From contig JAGOVW010000003.1 in the NCBI GenBank assembly GCA_018060545.1, forward strand, positions 343 through 64,342: a stretch of DNA of 64,000 nucleotides. Reading direction: 5' to 3'. Shown here piece after piece: positions 29,724 to 39,573 of the stretch (position 1 is its first letter; each line of letters starts with the position of its first letter). Both the position numbers and the translations under genes were made by a program. Below the pieces are notes generated by a model that had not been told where the DNA came from, did not search any database, and saw only the letters and a list, made by a program, of their open reading frames with translations. The DNA is from Minisyncoccota bacterium. Its GTDB lineage: Bacteria; Patescibacteriota; Minisyncoccia; Phycocordibacterales; UBA2100.

Positions 29724-30221
29724 CTAGGTGGAGTGCGCTTTTCGAACAATCACCTGTGCACAGAGGGCTGAGAGTATGAAGAAAACAAAGCCAGTAAAAC
29801 AAGGGCTCTGCAAAGGGTGCACGCCCGGGGCACAGCTAACGGACGTGGCGAAGTGTATCCACTTGAAATACTCACACGCCTCATACACCAACACGAGAGC
29901 CGCAAAACAGACGCCGAAAATGAGGAAGTTTCGTAGCCAGCGCTCGTCGCGCAGTGTAAAGCGCATCAAAAGTACGAGCGACGCAGTGAAGCCGATAATG
30001 AATGCACAGGTGCCGAAGAAACACGGAGTCAGGAGTGGATTTTGTGTGAACGTATCGGCAAAGCGAAAAATCGTGCCGTGCAACGCATGAAAATCGTACA
30101 GCTGGCCGAAGAGCGTGTAGGTGGAAAAGAGTGTTCCTCCTCCCAGTAAGAGCATCTGCACGAGCAGTAGCTGATGGAGTACCCCCTCTGTCGTTCGTGC
30201 GGGCATACCAAAAGCATACAC
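29724..30221 (-). CDS. Integral membrane protein with paired cysteines (hypothetical; possibly a thiol-disulfide/VKOR/DsbB-like redox membrane protein)
   Basis: 165-aa ORF with four hydrophobic segments. Loops contain Cys pairs (TPCFFGTC; SCAPGVHPLQSPC). The family assignment is not secure. Confidence 0.35.
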   Translation of the reverse strand: MYAFGMPARTTEGVLHQLLLVQMLLLGGGTLFSTYTLFGQLYDFHALHGTIFRFADTFTQNPLLTPCFFGTCAFIIGFTASLVLLMRFTLRDERWLRNFLIFGVCFAALVLVYEACEYFKWIHFATSVSCAPGVHPLQSPCFTGFVFFILSALCAQVIVRKAHST

Positions 30222-30251
30222 CCGCCCGTGGTGGGTGCAACGCCTTGTGTG

Positions 30252-31136
30252 CTAAAACGCCAAGTCGCGAATAACCTCTGCGTCGATTTCCTTCAAGTTT
30301 GCCGGACGAATCGCTCCAAAGAGACGCACCGTATCGCCCACCACAAAACGTGCCAGCTGAGCCGGCTTCTTTGCCGTGTTCAAAACAGTAGTACCCACAG
30401 GGAGATACACCAAGTAGTCGCTTCCTTCAATCGTCACTGTGGCGACAGTGGGAGGTGTAGAAGCTGAGAGCGCCTTGAGTGTTCCTTGGAAGTTTTTACC
30501 ACTAAAGACCGTTGGATCTTGGTACACCTCAATCTTGCGCGCCTTTAATGTATTTGTTTTATAGTCATACTCCCCTTGTGCAGAAACTATTGAATCCCCT
30601 ACCTGCACGTCCGCGGCTGTTATGAGGCGCACCCCTTTGCTGATGGTTGTGGTAGCGGTCAGCTTCAGTGTTGTGGTTGATGAATCGGGACGGATAAGAT
30701 TCATGGTCTGATCACCCAAAGACACGCCCGTCACCTTACCTTTGAAATCTTTATCGGCACGCATCAGCGACACATTTCTTATTTTTGTCGGTTTTATCAC
30801 TAACACTCCTTCGCCAGAGGAGAGCTTTCCTTCAATATCAATAAGATCCCCTTCCTTTATATCGTTCACGGTGGCTGGCTCGCCATAAGCACGCAAAAAT
30901 ACCGTGTCTTTTGCGGTGATAACCGTAATACGCACATACATCAAACTCCAGGTGGCACGCGTGAACAAATTGCCATCCGCCTTTTGCATCACTTTGATGT
31001 TCTTTCCGATAAACGTACCATCTTCTCGCACTTGAATGTCGGACGTAATATCAGCAGAAGCGACAGCAGGGAGCGCAAAAAGACACGCAACCATCACACT
31101 GAGTAACGATGTTTTCATGACGGAAGTATGCCACAA
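30252..31136 (-). CDS. Secreted hypothetical protein (beta-rich)
   Basis: 294 aa with a signal peptide (LLSVMVACLFALPAVASA). No recognisable catalytic motif. Confidence 0.5.
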   Translation of the reverse strand: MWHTSVMKTSLLSVMVACLFALPAVASADITSDIQVREDGTFIGKNIKVMQKADGNLFTRATWSLMYVRITVITAKDTVFLRAYGEPATVNDIKEGDLIDIEGKLSSGEGVLVIKPTKIRNVSLMRADKDFKGKVTGVSLGDQTMNLIRPDSSTTTLKLTATTTISKGVRLITAADVQVGDSIVSAQGEYDYKTNTLKARKIEVYQDPTVFSGKNFQGTLKALSASTPPTVATVTIEGSDYLVYLPVGTTVLNTAKKPAQLARFVVGDTVRLFGAIRPANLKEIDAEVIRDLAF

Positions 31137-31214
31137 GTTGTCGCGTGTCGCAGTATAGAAAATGAGGAAAGGCGCGCCCGTTGGGCGCGCCTTCTATTAT
31201 TTGTCCAAAAACCA

Positions 31215-32153
31215 TCACGAGAGCTGACTCTCCGTGAGTATCACCCCCATGCCATCAGGCTCAGCAGTGACACCAAGTGCTTCAGCACGATCGGCAAGTG
31301 TGGGATGCGTCTGCAAGAACCACAAGTTGCTCCGTTTACGGAAGTACTCGAACGGGTGGCGTTGATACCCATCGATGGACGCACCCACCGAGAGCATGCC
31401 CTTAATGAGCTCGTCTCGGAAATCCGGTGTGGTGATACCGATGGCACCAATGTCTGCCATGTACTCTCGTGCGCGCGAGAATGCGAGCGAGAGTAGCTCG
31501 TAGAGCATCTGCAGAGCGAAGAGCACCGCCACTACCTTCATCAGGTAGCGTGTTTCCCCCGCCTGCGTTGCACCATAGAGAACGATGCTCACGGTACACG
31601 CAAGACCGATGAGGTACGTCTGCCATTGCAGCACTTTCGCGCCGGCTTGGATCATACTCATCGCAACATTGTCACGATGCTTCATGTGGGCGAGTTCGTG
31701 CGCAACGACTCCCATCGCAGAACGGGTGTCCAGCACCTGCTGAATGTCACCCATCAGAATGAGAAAACGTTCCGAAAGGCTGACCGTCGCGGCCGCATTA
31801 ATCCGCCCCTCCATCACCACCACAGTGGGTGGCTTGGAAAATCCTGCGCGCGTTGACAACACATCCACGATCTCGTGGAGACGCTGGTCCCTGACGAGGC
31901 CCTGCCTCTTTCTGAGCAAGAGACCACCAATCTGAGCCAAGGCAACGATTGCCAGTGCGTAGGCTGCAACCACCAAGATCAGGTGATTGCTGAACACAGC
32001 CGCAGTGCGCGTCGTTGGTGCCGGCCCGACCACGAATGAAACCACCGCTGGCAGAAACCAGAAGATGGTGCCCATCGCGAGAAAGTAGAACCAGCTTTTC
32101 GCTGTCTGCGTAATGATGTGCCAGCCGAAACCCGGCACCCATGTCCACAGCAT
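31215..32153 (-). CDS. htpX: M48 family zinc metallopeptidase, HtpX-like
   Basis: HELAHMKHRD (HExxH) zinc motif, multiple TM helices, typical HtpX length. Confidence 0.8.
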   Translation of the reverse strand: MLWTWVPGFGWHIITQTAKSWFYFLAMGTIFWFLPAVVSFVVGPAPTTRTAAVFSNHLILVVAAYALAIVALAQIGGLLLRKRQGLVRDQRLHEIVDVLSTRAGFSKPPTVVVMEGRINAAATVSLSERFLILMGDIQQVLDTRSAMGVVAHELAHMKHRDNVAMSMIQAGAKVLQWQTYLIGLACTVSIVLYGATQAGETRYLMKVVAVLFALQMLYELLSLAFSRAREYMADIGAIGITTPDFRDELIKGMLSVGASIDGYQRHPFEYFRKRSNLWFLQTHPTLADRAEALGVTAEPDGMGVILTESQLS

Positions 32154-32339
32154 GCAAACCTCCTGTTGCTATTGATCTGGGGTTTTCCCAGCCTTTTGTA
32201 TTATACCATATAATACGTTCATTGCAATATTTGCCTGGGCCCTCCCCTCACCCCTTCCCATCGAAACGTGTTTGTTGACTCCTTATGCGTTGCCTCGTAA
32301 GGTGGCGCCAGACTGCACATAAACGAAAGGGCATAGAGA

Positions 32340-33140
32340 ATGACAACGACTGTACCCCCGTACATCGGTGTTACCGGCATCATGACCGCACAGGAAGCGC
32401 GTGCAGCATTACGCATCGCGAAGACTTGGGAAAGTCCCTATAAGGTGATGCTGGGCGTACTCGCCAGCTCGAAGACACTTTCCGGTATGAAGAACAGGTG
32501 GCCCAACCGCTACCCTTTGCCGGGAAGAATTGCAGAAATTTTTCTGAGCCACCCCAAGGCGCTGAACTTTCTGCACTACTCGACGGACACGCCAGAGTTT
32601 CTTGCCGCACAACTGCTCGCGGCAGTAAAGATTGCTGGGCCACATCTTCACGGGTTCCAACTGAACGTGCAGTGGCCAGATGTTGACGAACTGCAACATT
32701 TCCATCTGAACTCGAGCCCCGTTGGCAGGTATCAACTCGTACTGCAACTCGGTCCGCAAGCAATCTATGGATGCTCATCACTCGAGAATTTGGTGAGACG
32801 CGTTGCACTGTACAGAGATCTAGTGCAGTACGTGCTCTTGGACTGTAGTGCAGGGAACGCTATCGGCTTTGATCCTGCGCTGACCTATGCACGTATGGAG
32901 GCACTGCGCGAATCATGCCCATGGGCACACGTCGTCGTTGCCGGTGGCATATCAAGCAAGCTCGAAACGTTTTGCCAACTTGAGAGACTGACCTCTCTCC
33001 AAGAACATCTCTCGTGCGATGCCGAAAGTGGCCTGCGCACCACTGACGACGACGATCTGGATATTGCTGAAGTTCAGCACTATCTAAAAAGCGTCCACTT
33101 GGGATTTCATCGCGGACTCTTTGGTGGCGCCATGCGCTGA
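32340..33140 (+). CDS. TIM-barrel protein resembling phosphoribosylanthranilate isomerase (TrpF-like); function uncertain
   Basis: YIGVTGIMTAQEARAA (compare TrpF 'KICGIT..EDA'), HLHGFQLNVQ (compare 'LQLHG'), QYVLLDCSAGNAIGFDPAL (compare 'LLD...GGsG..FDW') and HVVVAGGIS (compare 'ILAGGL'). Confidence 0.4.
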   Translation: MTTTVPPYIGVTGIMTAQEARAALRIAKTWESPYKVMLGVLASSKTLSGMKNRWPNRYPLPGRIAEIFLSHPKALNFLHYSTDTPEFLAAQLLAAVKIAGPHLHGFQLNVQWPDVDELQHFHLNSSPVGRYQLVLQLGPQAIYGCSSLENLVRRVALYRDLVQYVLLDCSAGNAIGFDPALTYARMEALRESCPWAHVVVAGGISSKLETFCQLERLTSLQEHLSCDAESGLRTTDDDDLDIAEVQHYLKSVHLGFHRGLFGGAMR

Positions 33141-33155
33141 TTCAGCAATTGCAGA

Positions 33156-33187
33156 GGGCGGCCCTACGGGCCGCCCTTTTCTTTATG
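33156..33187 (+). terminator. Rho-independent terminator of 32340..33140
   Basis: agggcggccc-tac-gggccgccct stem-loop followed by tttctttat. Confidence 0.7.
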
Positions 33188-33196
33188 CACACAAAA

Positions 33197-33230
33197 CACA
33201 CAGCCGCCCCAGAGGGGCGGCTGTGTGTTC
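33197..33230. repeat. Perfect 15-bp-stem hairpin (acacacagccgcccc-agag-ggggcggctgtgtgt) between convergent genes
   Basis: Seen directly. No T-run on either side. It may be a second, bidirectional terminator or a REP-like element. Confidence 0.5.
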
Positions 33231-33238
33231 CATATCAG

Positions 33239-33364
33239 GCTTATCGTTTCTTGCCCTTCACTGGCTTGCGCAATGCGCGCTTAGCCTGCTTTACCGCGAG
33301 ACGCTTTTTAGTCTTGCGTGAGCGCGACTTGCTCTGTCGGATATCCAAACTTGCTCGTTTTGCC
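33239..33364 (-). CDS. Possible 41-aa highly basic small protein (MAKRASLDIRQSKSRSRKTKKRLAVKQAKRALRKPVKGKKR); ribosomal-protein-like composition, unassigned
   Basis: ATG..TAA ORF below the track's 60-aa cutoff. The strong hairpin lies immediately downstream. Identity not established. Confidence 0.3.
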
Positions 33365-33399
33365 ATGCAGGCAGTATACACGAAAAAATATTATTCTCT

Positions 33400-34134
33400 C
33401 TAACGACCCCCCTGTTTACCCACACCTCCCCCCATTTCTCTCTCGGATGAAATAATCGCGTCGTAGGCCGATTGTGTAATTTTGACCGGAGCATATACAA
33501 TGCCGCGCCCAGCAAGCTGCTTCGTAAAGGCGCGCAGATGGTTTCGTGATCCGCGCGTCAGATTACCGTACACAAGCGCTATGTCAGCATTGTCAGTAGC
33601 CGCAATCTGCACTTCCAAATCGGCCAAGTCTATATCTTCAATGAGCGCGCCCACTTTAAGCGCCTCTTCAGCAGAATGTCCGCCGCGCGCCATTAATTCG
33701 TCGTATAACTTCTGCAAGTCTGGGTTTGCAAATACTCCCGGGACATCACGTACCGCTGGATCCGGAATATCGTACTTTACCAGAAGTGCCTGCACTGCTT
33801 CGGTATGCGTCTGCTCACTTTGCGCAATATTGCTAAAAATAGGCAGCCTCCATTCCTCACCGAGGCTTCGATACACATCACGCGCCAACTTTTCTTCTTC
33901 ACGCATAAACAAGAGCCCTGCACGCTCAGCGTCAGAGATGTCCTGGGCAGCCAGCGAGCTTATTTCCGGGCGCAACGAAACAAAATCTGCAGCAAGCGGC
34001 ATGTCAGTATCTGGTAAAGCAGTGGGTGCCGACGCAGATGTCACTGTTTCAGACGGTTGTCGTGCCTGGACCGCATACATCCCCAACCCCGTCGCTAAAA
34101 TGAGTCCGAGAACTATAAGGTATGTATTCTTCAT
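33400..34134 (-). CDS. Secreted ferritin-like (DUF2202-like) domain protein
   Basis: Signal peptide (MKNTYLIVLGLILATGLGMYA). The ferritin-like repeat motifs EEKLARDVY.. and NIAQSEQTHTEAV.. are typical of DUF2202 from memory. Confidence 0.45.
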   Translation of the reverse strand: MKNTYLIVLGLILATGLGMYAVQARQPSETVTSASAPTALPDTDMPLAADFVSLRPEISSLAAQDISDAERAGLLFMREEEKLARDVYRSLGEEWRLPIFSNIAQSEQTHTEAVQALLVKYDIPDPAVRDVPGVFANPDLQKLYDELMARGGHSAEEALKVGALIEDIDLADLEVQIAATDNADIALVYGNLTRGSRNHLRAFTKQLAGRGIVYAPVKITQSAYDAIISSEREMGGGVGKQGGR

Positions 34135-34146
34135 GCGTTCACTATA

Positions 34147-34776
34147 CTACGCATGCACTTCGGATTCGATGTGCCGGACCTCTTTCCCCACCACTTTCCC
34201 CTCTGTATCAATGTCGTACAAAAGAATCCCACCGAAGAGCATTTCTATGTCTTTCACTTTTTCATCCGGAATCGATTCCAAATGCTTCATCAGGGCACGA
34301 ATGGCATTGCCGTGTGACACCATCAGCACGTTCTTACCTTCCTTGAGAAAAGGCAAGATGTGAGTTTCGTAAAATGGCACCACCCGCGCATACACCATTT
34401 TCAGCGTCTCGCCGTTGGGTACCGGACAGTCCCACTCCCGGCGCACCTTCTCCCACTGTTCGTGCCCAATCATCTCTTCCATTTCCCACTTATTCTTCCC
34501 TGTGTAGTCGCCATAGTCACGCTCATTGATTTCCGCCGCGTGTTGCGTGGGTACATGAGACAAATCGAGTGCCTCAAGCATGCACGAAAGTGTTTCAATT
34601 GAGCGCACCTGCATAGATGCAAATGCCTGATCGATGTGGATCCCGTGTATCAATAGACCCATTTCACCCGATTTTTTAAAACCATACTCGGTGAGATGAC
34701 AATCTCTGCTTCCTGTCCATAAGCCCTTTTTATTCCATTCCGATTCGTGGTGCCGTGCAATGATGAGTTTTGCCAT
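34147..34776 (-). CDS. gpmA: Histidine-phosphatase family phosphoglycerate mutase (GpmA-like, 2,3-BPG-dependent)
   Basis: RHHESEWN (the RHGE/SxWN catalytic His motif), HGNAIRAL. The ORF extends to 34836 but the likely start is MAKLIIARHH. Confidence 0.75.
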   Translation of the reverse strand: MAKLIIARHHESEWNKKGLWTGSRDCHLTEYGFKKSGEMGLLIHGIHIDQAFASMQVRSIETLSCMLEALDLSHVPTQHAAEINERDYGDYTGKNKWEMEEMIGHEQWEKVRREWDCPVPNGETLKMVYARVVPFYETHILPFLKEGKNVLMVSHGNAIRALMKHLESIPDEKVKDIEMLFGGILLYDIDTEGKVVGKEVRHIESEVHA

Positions 34777-34836
34777 ACGCCACATCATAGCAGAAGGGCC
34801 GGACACGTCGTGTCCGGCCCTTCTGCTCTTCAACAC

Positions 34837-35442
34837 CTACGCAAACAATCGCTCACGTAGCGCATCTATACCCTTCCCTGATTTACTAGAGCAAAGCATC
34901 ACTTCCCCTTCTTTCGCATCAAGAGATATCTGCTTCACAGCGGCATGCAGATCTTTTTGATTCAACTTGTCTACCTTGTGTACCGCAACCACGTACGGCA
35001 GCGACTCCTCGCGCAGCACATGCAAAATCTGCTCGTCGAACTCCGTGATTCCAGCAACCACGTCAATCACCAAAACCACCGTCTGAATATTGGCATCTGC
35101 CTCTGCCAGGTACCACATAATTAATTTACGCAATTTCTCTCGGTCTTTGGGTGCAGCCTCTGCATATCCGTAGCCGGGCAAGTCGGCGAGGAGAAACGTC
35201 CCGTTAATATCGAAGAAGTTAATTTCCGTCGTTTTCCCAGGCTTTTTGCCGGAGCGTGCCAATTCTCGGCGGCCCGTGAGTGCGTTTACCAGGCTTGATT
35301 TGCCCACATTCGAGCGCCCCACAAACGCCACGTGTGGCTTTTTGCCGGTCACGATATCGTCGGTGCCGCGAATACCCTTCACAAAAGTAGCCTGGATGTT
35401 CATGTTGGGCATTCTACACGTCTTCGCCGCTATAGCGAGCAT
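34837..35442 (-). CDS. engB: Ribosome-biogenesis GTPase EngB/YihA (YsxC)
   Basis: G1 motif GRSNVGKSSLVNALTG, G3 DLPGYG, G4 HKVDK. About 200 aa. Confidence 0.85.
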   Translation of the reverse strand: MLAIAAKTCRMPNMNIQATFVKGIRGTDDIVTGKKPHVAFVGRSNVGKSSLVNALTGRRELARSGKKPGKTTEINFFDINGTFLLADLPGYGYAEAAPKDREKLRKLIMWYLAEADANIQTVVLVIDVVAGITEFDEQILHVLREESLPYVVAVHKVDKLNQKDLHAAVKQISLDAKEGEVMLCSSKSGKGIDALRERLFA

Positions 35443-36216
35443 TTATCGTCGAGGAGGAAGCGGCACAAAAACAGACGTCTTAGCTTTGTATGCTTCCCAC
35501 TCAGGGTTCCCTTCCCACTTCTTCTCGAGCATCGGCACGCCAGAGACCTTGAGCAAGAGATAAGTAATGAGTATCGGGCTCAGAAACACCACTACAGGGT
35601 ACGCGGTGATGCCAGATGCTGCGAGCGCCATACCCCACCACAGCGTACTTTCACCGAAATAGTTTGGGTGGCGCGAATATTTCCAGAGACCTGATTGCAT
35701 AATGGTGCCGACACGATTCTTGTTACGCAAAAATCGATCCAGCTGTGCATCACCAATAGCCTCGAATAGAAAGCCTACAAGCCAGAGAGCGAGGCCCACC
35801 CAAAACACGCCATACGATGCGGTGGCGCTGGGAAAAACTAGCGCAAGCGTAAGCGGAAGTGCGACAACAAAAATCACCGCCCCTTGCAGCAGATACACCT
35901 GCAAGAAACTGCGCCACAGAAACGTATTTCCCCACGCATCGCGCCAGGCTTTGTACCGAAAGTCTTCAGGCTTGCCGCGGTTCTTAAAGCAAATGCGTAG
36001 CGAAAGTCGGCACGCCCACACGCACAGAGGCAGCAGGAGCACGAGCGCAGCGAACGAGATAGCGGACGAAAAGTACGCCGCAGCACCTGCAAGCGCCACA
36101 AACGCCATCCCATATCCCACATCTGCCGTACCGTTGTTGTGGCGTACCAGCGCAATCAGGAAGAGAGAGCTCATGTAACACAGCAGCACCCCTGCGGCCG
36201 ATAACAGTGCCGTCAT
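35443..36216 (-). CDS. DUF1295 / steroid-5alpha-reductase-ICMT-like membrane protein
   Basis: KYSRHPNYFGESTLWWG motif and multi-TM topology. The ORF extends to 36261, but that would overlap the upstream gene by 44 nt, so the likely start is the internal MTALLSAAG. Confidence 0.55.
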   Translation of the reverse strand: MTALLSAAGVLLCYMSSLFLIALVRHNNGTADVGYGMAFVALAGAAAYFSSAISFAALVLLLPLCVWACRLSLRICFKNRGKPEDFRYKAWRDAWGNTFLWRSFLQVYLLQGAVIFVVALPLTLALVFPSATASYGVFWVGLALWLVGFLFEAIGDAQLDRFLRNKNRVGTIMQSGLWKYSRHPNYFGESTLWWGMALAASGITAYPVVVFLSPILITYLLLKVSGVPMLEKKWEGNPEWEAYKAKTSVFVPLPPRR

Positions 36217-36217
36217 A

Positions 36218-36685
36218 CTAGCGTGTGAAATATGATGCCAAGATGTAGGTGATTGATGCAACCGCCGCCGAGAGGACCGTGCCCCAGAGCATGTCTACGA
36301 TTGAAACGAGTGCAGGCCAGTCGCGCAGCGTTGACCAATTAGTGAGGTCATACGTGGCGTAGGTGAAAAATCCAAAGAGCGCCCCATAGAGAAGTGCCTT
36401 CATAAAGTTCTTCTCAGCCAGAGCGGGCACTATCACGAAGAATGAGAGACCAACAAGGAATATCAGATAGAAGCTGATCGCAACGGGCCAATTCACTGTT
36501 GGCGCAAGCAGGTGCCCAATCTGATCTTTATAAAAAGTGCGCGCCACAAATCCCAGCCACACCATATCAATTGCAAAAAACACGGGCACTGAAAGCAGGT
36601 ACACCCACGCAAACTGTAGTAGTGATGTCATGCCCAGATTGTACCTCGATTTCAGCAAGGAATCATGAAGGCTCGTGCCTTGCAC
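36218..36685 (-). CDS. Integral membrane protein (hypothetical, DUF2177-like)
   Basis: 155 aa with four hydrophobic segments. Confidence 0.45.
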   Translation of the reverse strand: MQGTSLHDSLLKSRYNLGMTSLLQFAWVYLLSVPVFFAIDMVWLGFVARTFYKDQIGHLLAPTVNWPVAISFYLIFLVGLSFFVIVPALAEKNFMKALLYGALFGFFTYATYDLTNWSTLRDWPALVSIVDMLWGTVLSAAVASITYILASYFTR

Positions 36686-36686
36686 C

Positions 36687-37436
36687 TTATCCCAACACTC
36701 TCTTCAGGGTATAGATCCAATCGGCGTTTTGGTCGTGGCTATCTTCGGTATCAGCCTCTTTCTGCTTCAGGAGCCACTGCAGATAGCTTCGATCCTCTTT
36801 AGCCAGATCTACCAGAAGCTTGCCTGCATGTTTGCCAAAAGTAATGCGCGTTATGAACGAAGGTGCCTGCGAAATGGCGACCATGGCGGCAATGGTTGCT
36901 GCAGCATCTGCATGTTCTTTGCGCAACTTATCGTACAGGCGCGCAAAGAGCGCTTTGAGCACACGCACATCGCCAAGCGCATCGTGCGCAGCCGCATCAG
37001 CCACTTCCAAATCCAGCGCGTAGCGCAAATACTGCAGACGATACGCACCCAGCTTCCCTTCAGGATCCAGATGGCGCGCCACTTTCAATGTGTCGATGAC
37101 CACGCGAGCTTCTACCCCGTCTCGCTTCAGCATATCAATATCAAAAGGCGCATTGTGAGCGACCATCACCACGTCTACCTGCGGCAAAAGTACAGCAAGA
37201 TTCGTGTGTGTTACAGAACCAGGAAAAGGCTTCTTATCTGCAACGTCTTTATTCGTGTAGCCCGTCGCTTCCATCGCTTCGATACAGAGCGGGACCGGAG
37301 GCTTGAACATCTCGCACACTTCTTTGCCCTCGTGTTCGTAGGCTACCTGGAAAATACGGTCATGCGCTTCGCGCCCCGTTGTCTCTGTATCTAAAAACAC
37401 CAGCCGGTGCTTTGTGATTTCATCGAGTGCATTCAT
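36687..37436 (-). CDS. DEDDh 3'-5' exonuclease (DnaQ/PolIII-epsilon-like)
   Basis: Exo I FLDTETTG, Exo II HNAPFDIDML, Exo III HDALGD. Confidence 0.8.
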   Translation of the reverse strand: MNALDEITKHRLVFLDTETTGREAHDRIFQVAYEHEGKEVCEMFKPPVPLCIEAMEATGYTNKDVADKKPFPGSVTHTNLAVLLPQVDVVMVAHNAPFDIDMLKRDGVEARVVIDTLKVARHLDPEGKLGAYRLQYLRYALDLEVADAAAHDALGDVRVLKALFARLYDKLRKEHADAAATIAAMVAISQAPSFITRITFGKHAGKLLVDLAKEDRSYLQWLLKQKEADTEDSHDQNADWIYTLKRVLG

Positions 37437-37470
37437 GGACGTAGAGTAACACGCAGCGCAGCACCTGCAC

Positions 37471-37899
37471 TCATCGATTCAAATACGTAATAGTGAGCTG
37501 CAAGCAGGTAGCAAAGGTGCCCCAGAGAAGGTACGGGATGTTGGCATAGACCATCCAGCGCAAATCAGGTGCCGCATGCCAGAGCGCAAAGAGTGCCCAT
37601 ATCAAGGTGCCGACCACCAAAAGAATGTCGAGTGAGGCGAGGAGGTTATTTTTCAAACCAAACTGAATGGGTGTAAAAATGAGATTGAAGAACAGGTTCA
37701 ACGCAAACGGGAGCGCCACCATCCACGGAAGCACACCCGTGAATGCTTTGTAAAACACCGTACCAAAGGTGATGGCGATGATGGTGTACAACACGGACCA
37801 CACGGGGCCAAACAGCCAGCTGGGTGGCGACCACCATGGTTTTATAAATTGTTCATACAGTATTGGTTCGTTCATGAACTCTATTGTACGCCCTAACAC
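37471..37899 (-). CDS. tspO: TspO/MBR (tryptophan-rich sensory protein) family membrane protein
   Basis: WWSPPSWLFGPVWSVLYTIIAI and the Trp-rich 5-TM pattern. Confidence 0.8.
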   Translation of the reverse strand: MLGRTIEFMNEPILYEQFIKPWWSPPSWLFGPVWSVLYTIIAITFGTVFYKAFTGVLPWMVALPFALNLFFNLIFTPIQFGLKNNLLASLDILLVVGTLIWALFALWHAAPDLRWMVYANIPYLLWGTFATCLQLTITYLNR

Positions 37900-37923
37900 A
37901 TGATGCTGATATGAGGGCGCGTA

Positions 37924-39312
37924 TTACTCGCCCACCGCTGGCGAGAGAATGCCTCGCGACTTTGACCCAAAGTAACCGGCTGCGGGAGTAATGCCTTTTG
38001 CTTTCTGGAAGGCTATCAGCGCCGCTCTAGTGCGGGCACCAAAATAGGTAGATTCACTGCCGGGTGCGCCATCACCTGTTTCGGCGATAGTGAAGCCTGC
38101 ACCATTGAGTATTTTCTGCAAAGCGCGCACATCCTCCCCTTCCATACCCACCTCTAGATCGCGCGAGAATTGAAAAGAACTGGCCGTAGCTAATTGAGGA
38201 CTCACAGGTACTTCTGCTTGTGGGATAGCTGCCGCACCAGTGAGTGCTGCACGGGTTCGTTCGCCGTAGTAGCCAGATGCTGGCGTAATGCCGTGCGTCT
38301 TCTGGAACTCAACCAAAGCGTTTTTGGTAACAGTGCCAAAATATCCCGTCGCACCAGAGCGTGCCAGGTAGGCTGCCGCGGGGCCAGTGTTTTTTGCGAT
38401 AAGCATGCGCTGCAAGGAAACCACCGCAGCACCCATCGCACCAAGCTCCAGATCATCACCAACAGGAACTGTCCCTATGGCTATTGGCGTTGTTTGTATC
38501 GGAACACTAGATGCAGAAGCCGCACCTGAAGGCAGCGCATCAGAGAGTACTCGCGGCAATGCAACACCACCCTGTGCGAGTGAGCGTAATGTGTTGGGTA
38601 ACGCAGTGACAAGATATTGTGCAAGGTTCGTTGGATCGGAAACAGAGGCGACCAGGTGCGCGATACTTGCCGACTGCTCTGCGGCAGAAAAAGTTTCCGC
38701 AAGACGAGGTAGTGGATCTGTCGCACCGTTTTTTCTTACTTCGAAATGCAGATGTGCCCCGGCACCCTTCGCGTTACCGGTGTCGCCCACAAAGCCAATA
38801 ATGTGCCCACGTGGTATACGCTTGCCCTGAGTAACACCGTCAGCAATCTTGTCGAGGTGCATGTATACAAATGTTTCGCCACCAGGATTTGCGGTGTACA
38901 CCACCAACCCCGAGCTCGGCCCGTTTCCTGTGCGTAACACTATGGCGTCAGTGGGCGATGCGATAGGTGTGCCGCGCGGCGCCATTATGTCTAGTCCTTC
39001 GTGAATACGGGTACCGTTGCCGCGTGCATCGCCAAAATTCGGCGATAGATCTGAAACCGCGACACCAAACAGCACGGGTATAGGAAACGTGGGAGTGGGT
39101 TGCTGCGAAAGTGAGGCGAGAGCGTCGCGCATCGCGCCATCGTAGCGACGCCATGTATCGATTTTAGTTTCATCGGCTACTTGCCACTCATCTGCAGCAG
39201 GTTCCGTGCTTTGGCTTTGTGCAAAACCATAGATAGGCACGTAGAGAAATAAGGCTGCGACAATCGCGGCACTCCATTGAGCACTTTTCGGTATCTGCGC
39301 GAAATTCATTCC
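37924..39312 (-). CDS. Secreted M23 (LytM-type) peptidase with two C-terminal peptidoglycan-binding (PG_binding_1-like) domains
   Basis: HEGLDI ... GDTGNAKGAGAHLHFEV zinc-binding motifs. C-terminal repeats (GEDVRALQKILN.., ..VVSLQRMLIA..) are PGBD-like. Signal peptide after the internal MNFAQIP. The ORF extends to 39453. Confidence 0.8.
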   Translation of the reverse strand, partial: GMNFAQIPKSAQWSAAIVAALFLYVPIYGFAQSQSTEPAADEWQVADETKIDTWRRYDGAMRDALASLSQQPTPTFPIPVLFGVAVSDLSPNFGDARGNGTRIHEGLDIMAPRGTPIASPTDAIVLRTGNGPSSGLVVYTANPGGETFVYMHLDKIADGVTQGKRIPRGHIIGFVGDTGNAKGAGAHLHFEVRKNGATDPLPRLAETFSAAEQSASIAHLVASVSDPTNLAQYLVTALPNTLRSLAQGGVALPRVLSDALPSGAASASSVPIQTTPIAIGTVPVGDDLELGAMGAAVVSLQRMLIAKNTGPAAAYLARSGATGYFGTVTKNALVEFQKTHGITPASGYYGERTRAALTGAAAIPQAEVPVSPQLATASSFQFSRDLEVGMEGEDVRALQKILNGAGFTIAETGDGAPGSESTYFGARTRAALIAFQKAKGITPAAGYFGSKSRGILSPAVGE

Positions 39313-39573
39313 CTTATAGTACACACATATAAGACGTGGCGCGCTTTGCTTCCTTACCTTCGGTGCATACAAAGTCTCTTGACACCGTGCTGATTGATGG
39401 TATTTTGAAAATGGCATCAAATAGGTGCAAGCTCTGTGAAAGGCATTCGCCATGAACCCGATTCAACAATCACCTCGTGCGAGCAATGAATCTATACGGC
39501 AGGGCCGTCAGTACGTCCCTCGACTGTATGTTTTCATTGGCCGCACGCGAGCGGCCCCGCTCGGAGTCGCAAA

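Noticed and set aside
33482-34363. 293-aa plus-strand ORF
   Set aside because: Antisense to two well-supported minus-strand genes (the DUF2202-like secreted protein and gpmA). Low-complexity Ser/Arg-rich translation.
36675-37394. 239-aa plus-strand ORF overlapping the exonuclease locus
   Set aside because: The minus-strand frame carries all three DEDDh exonuclease motifs. The plus frame is Arg/Cys-rich with no motifs.
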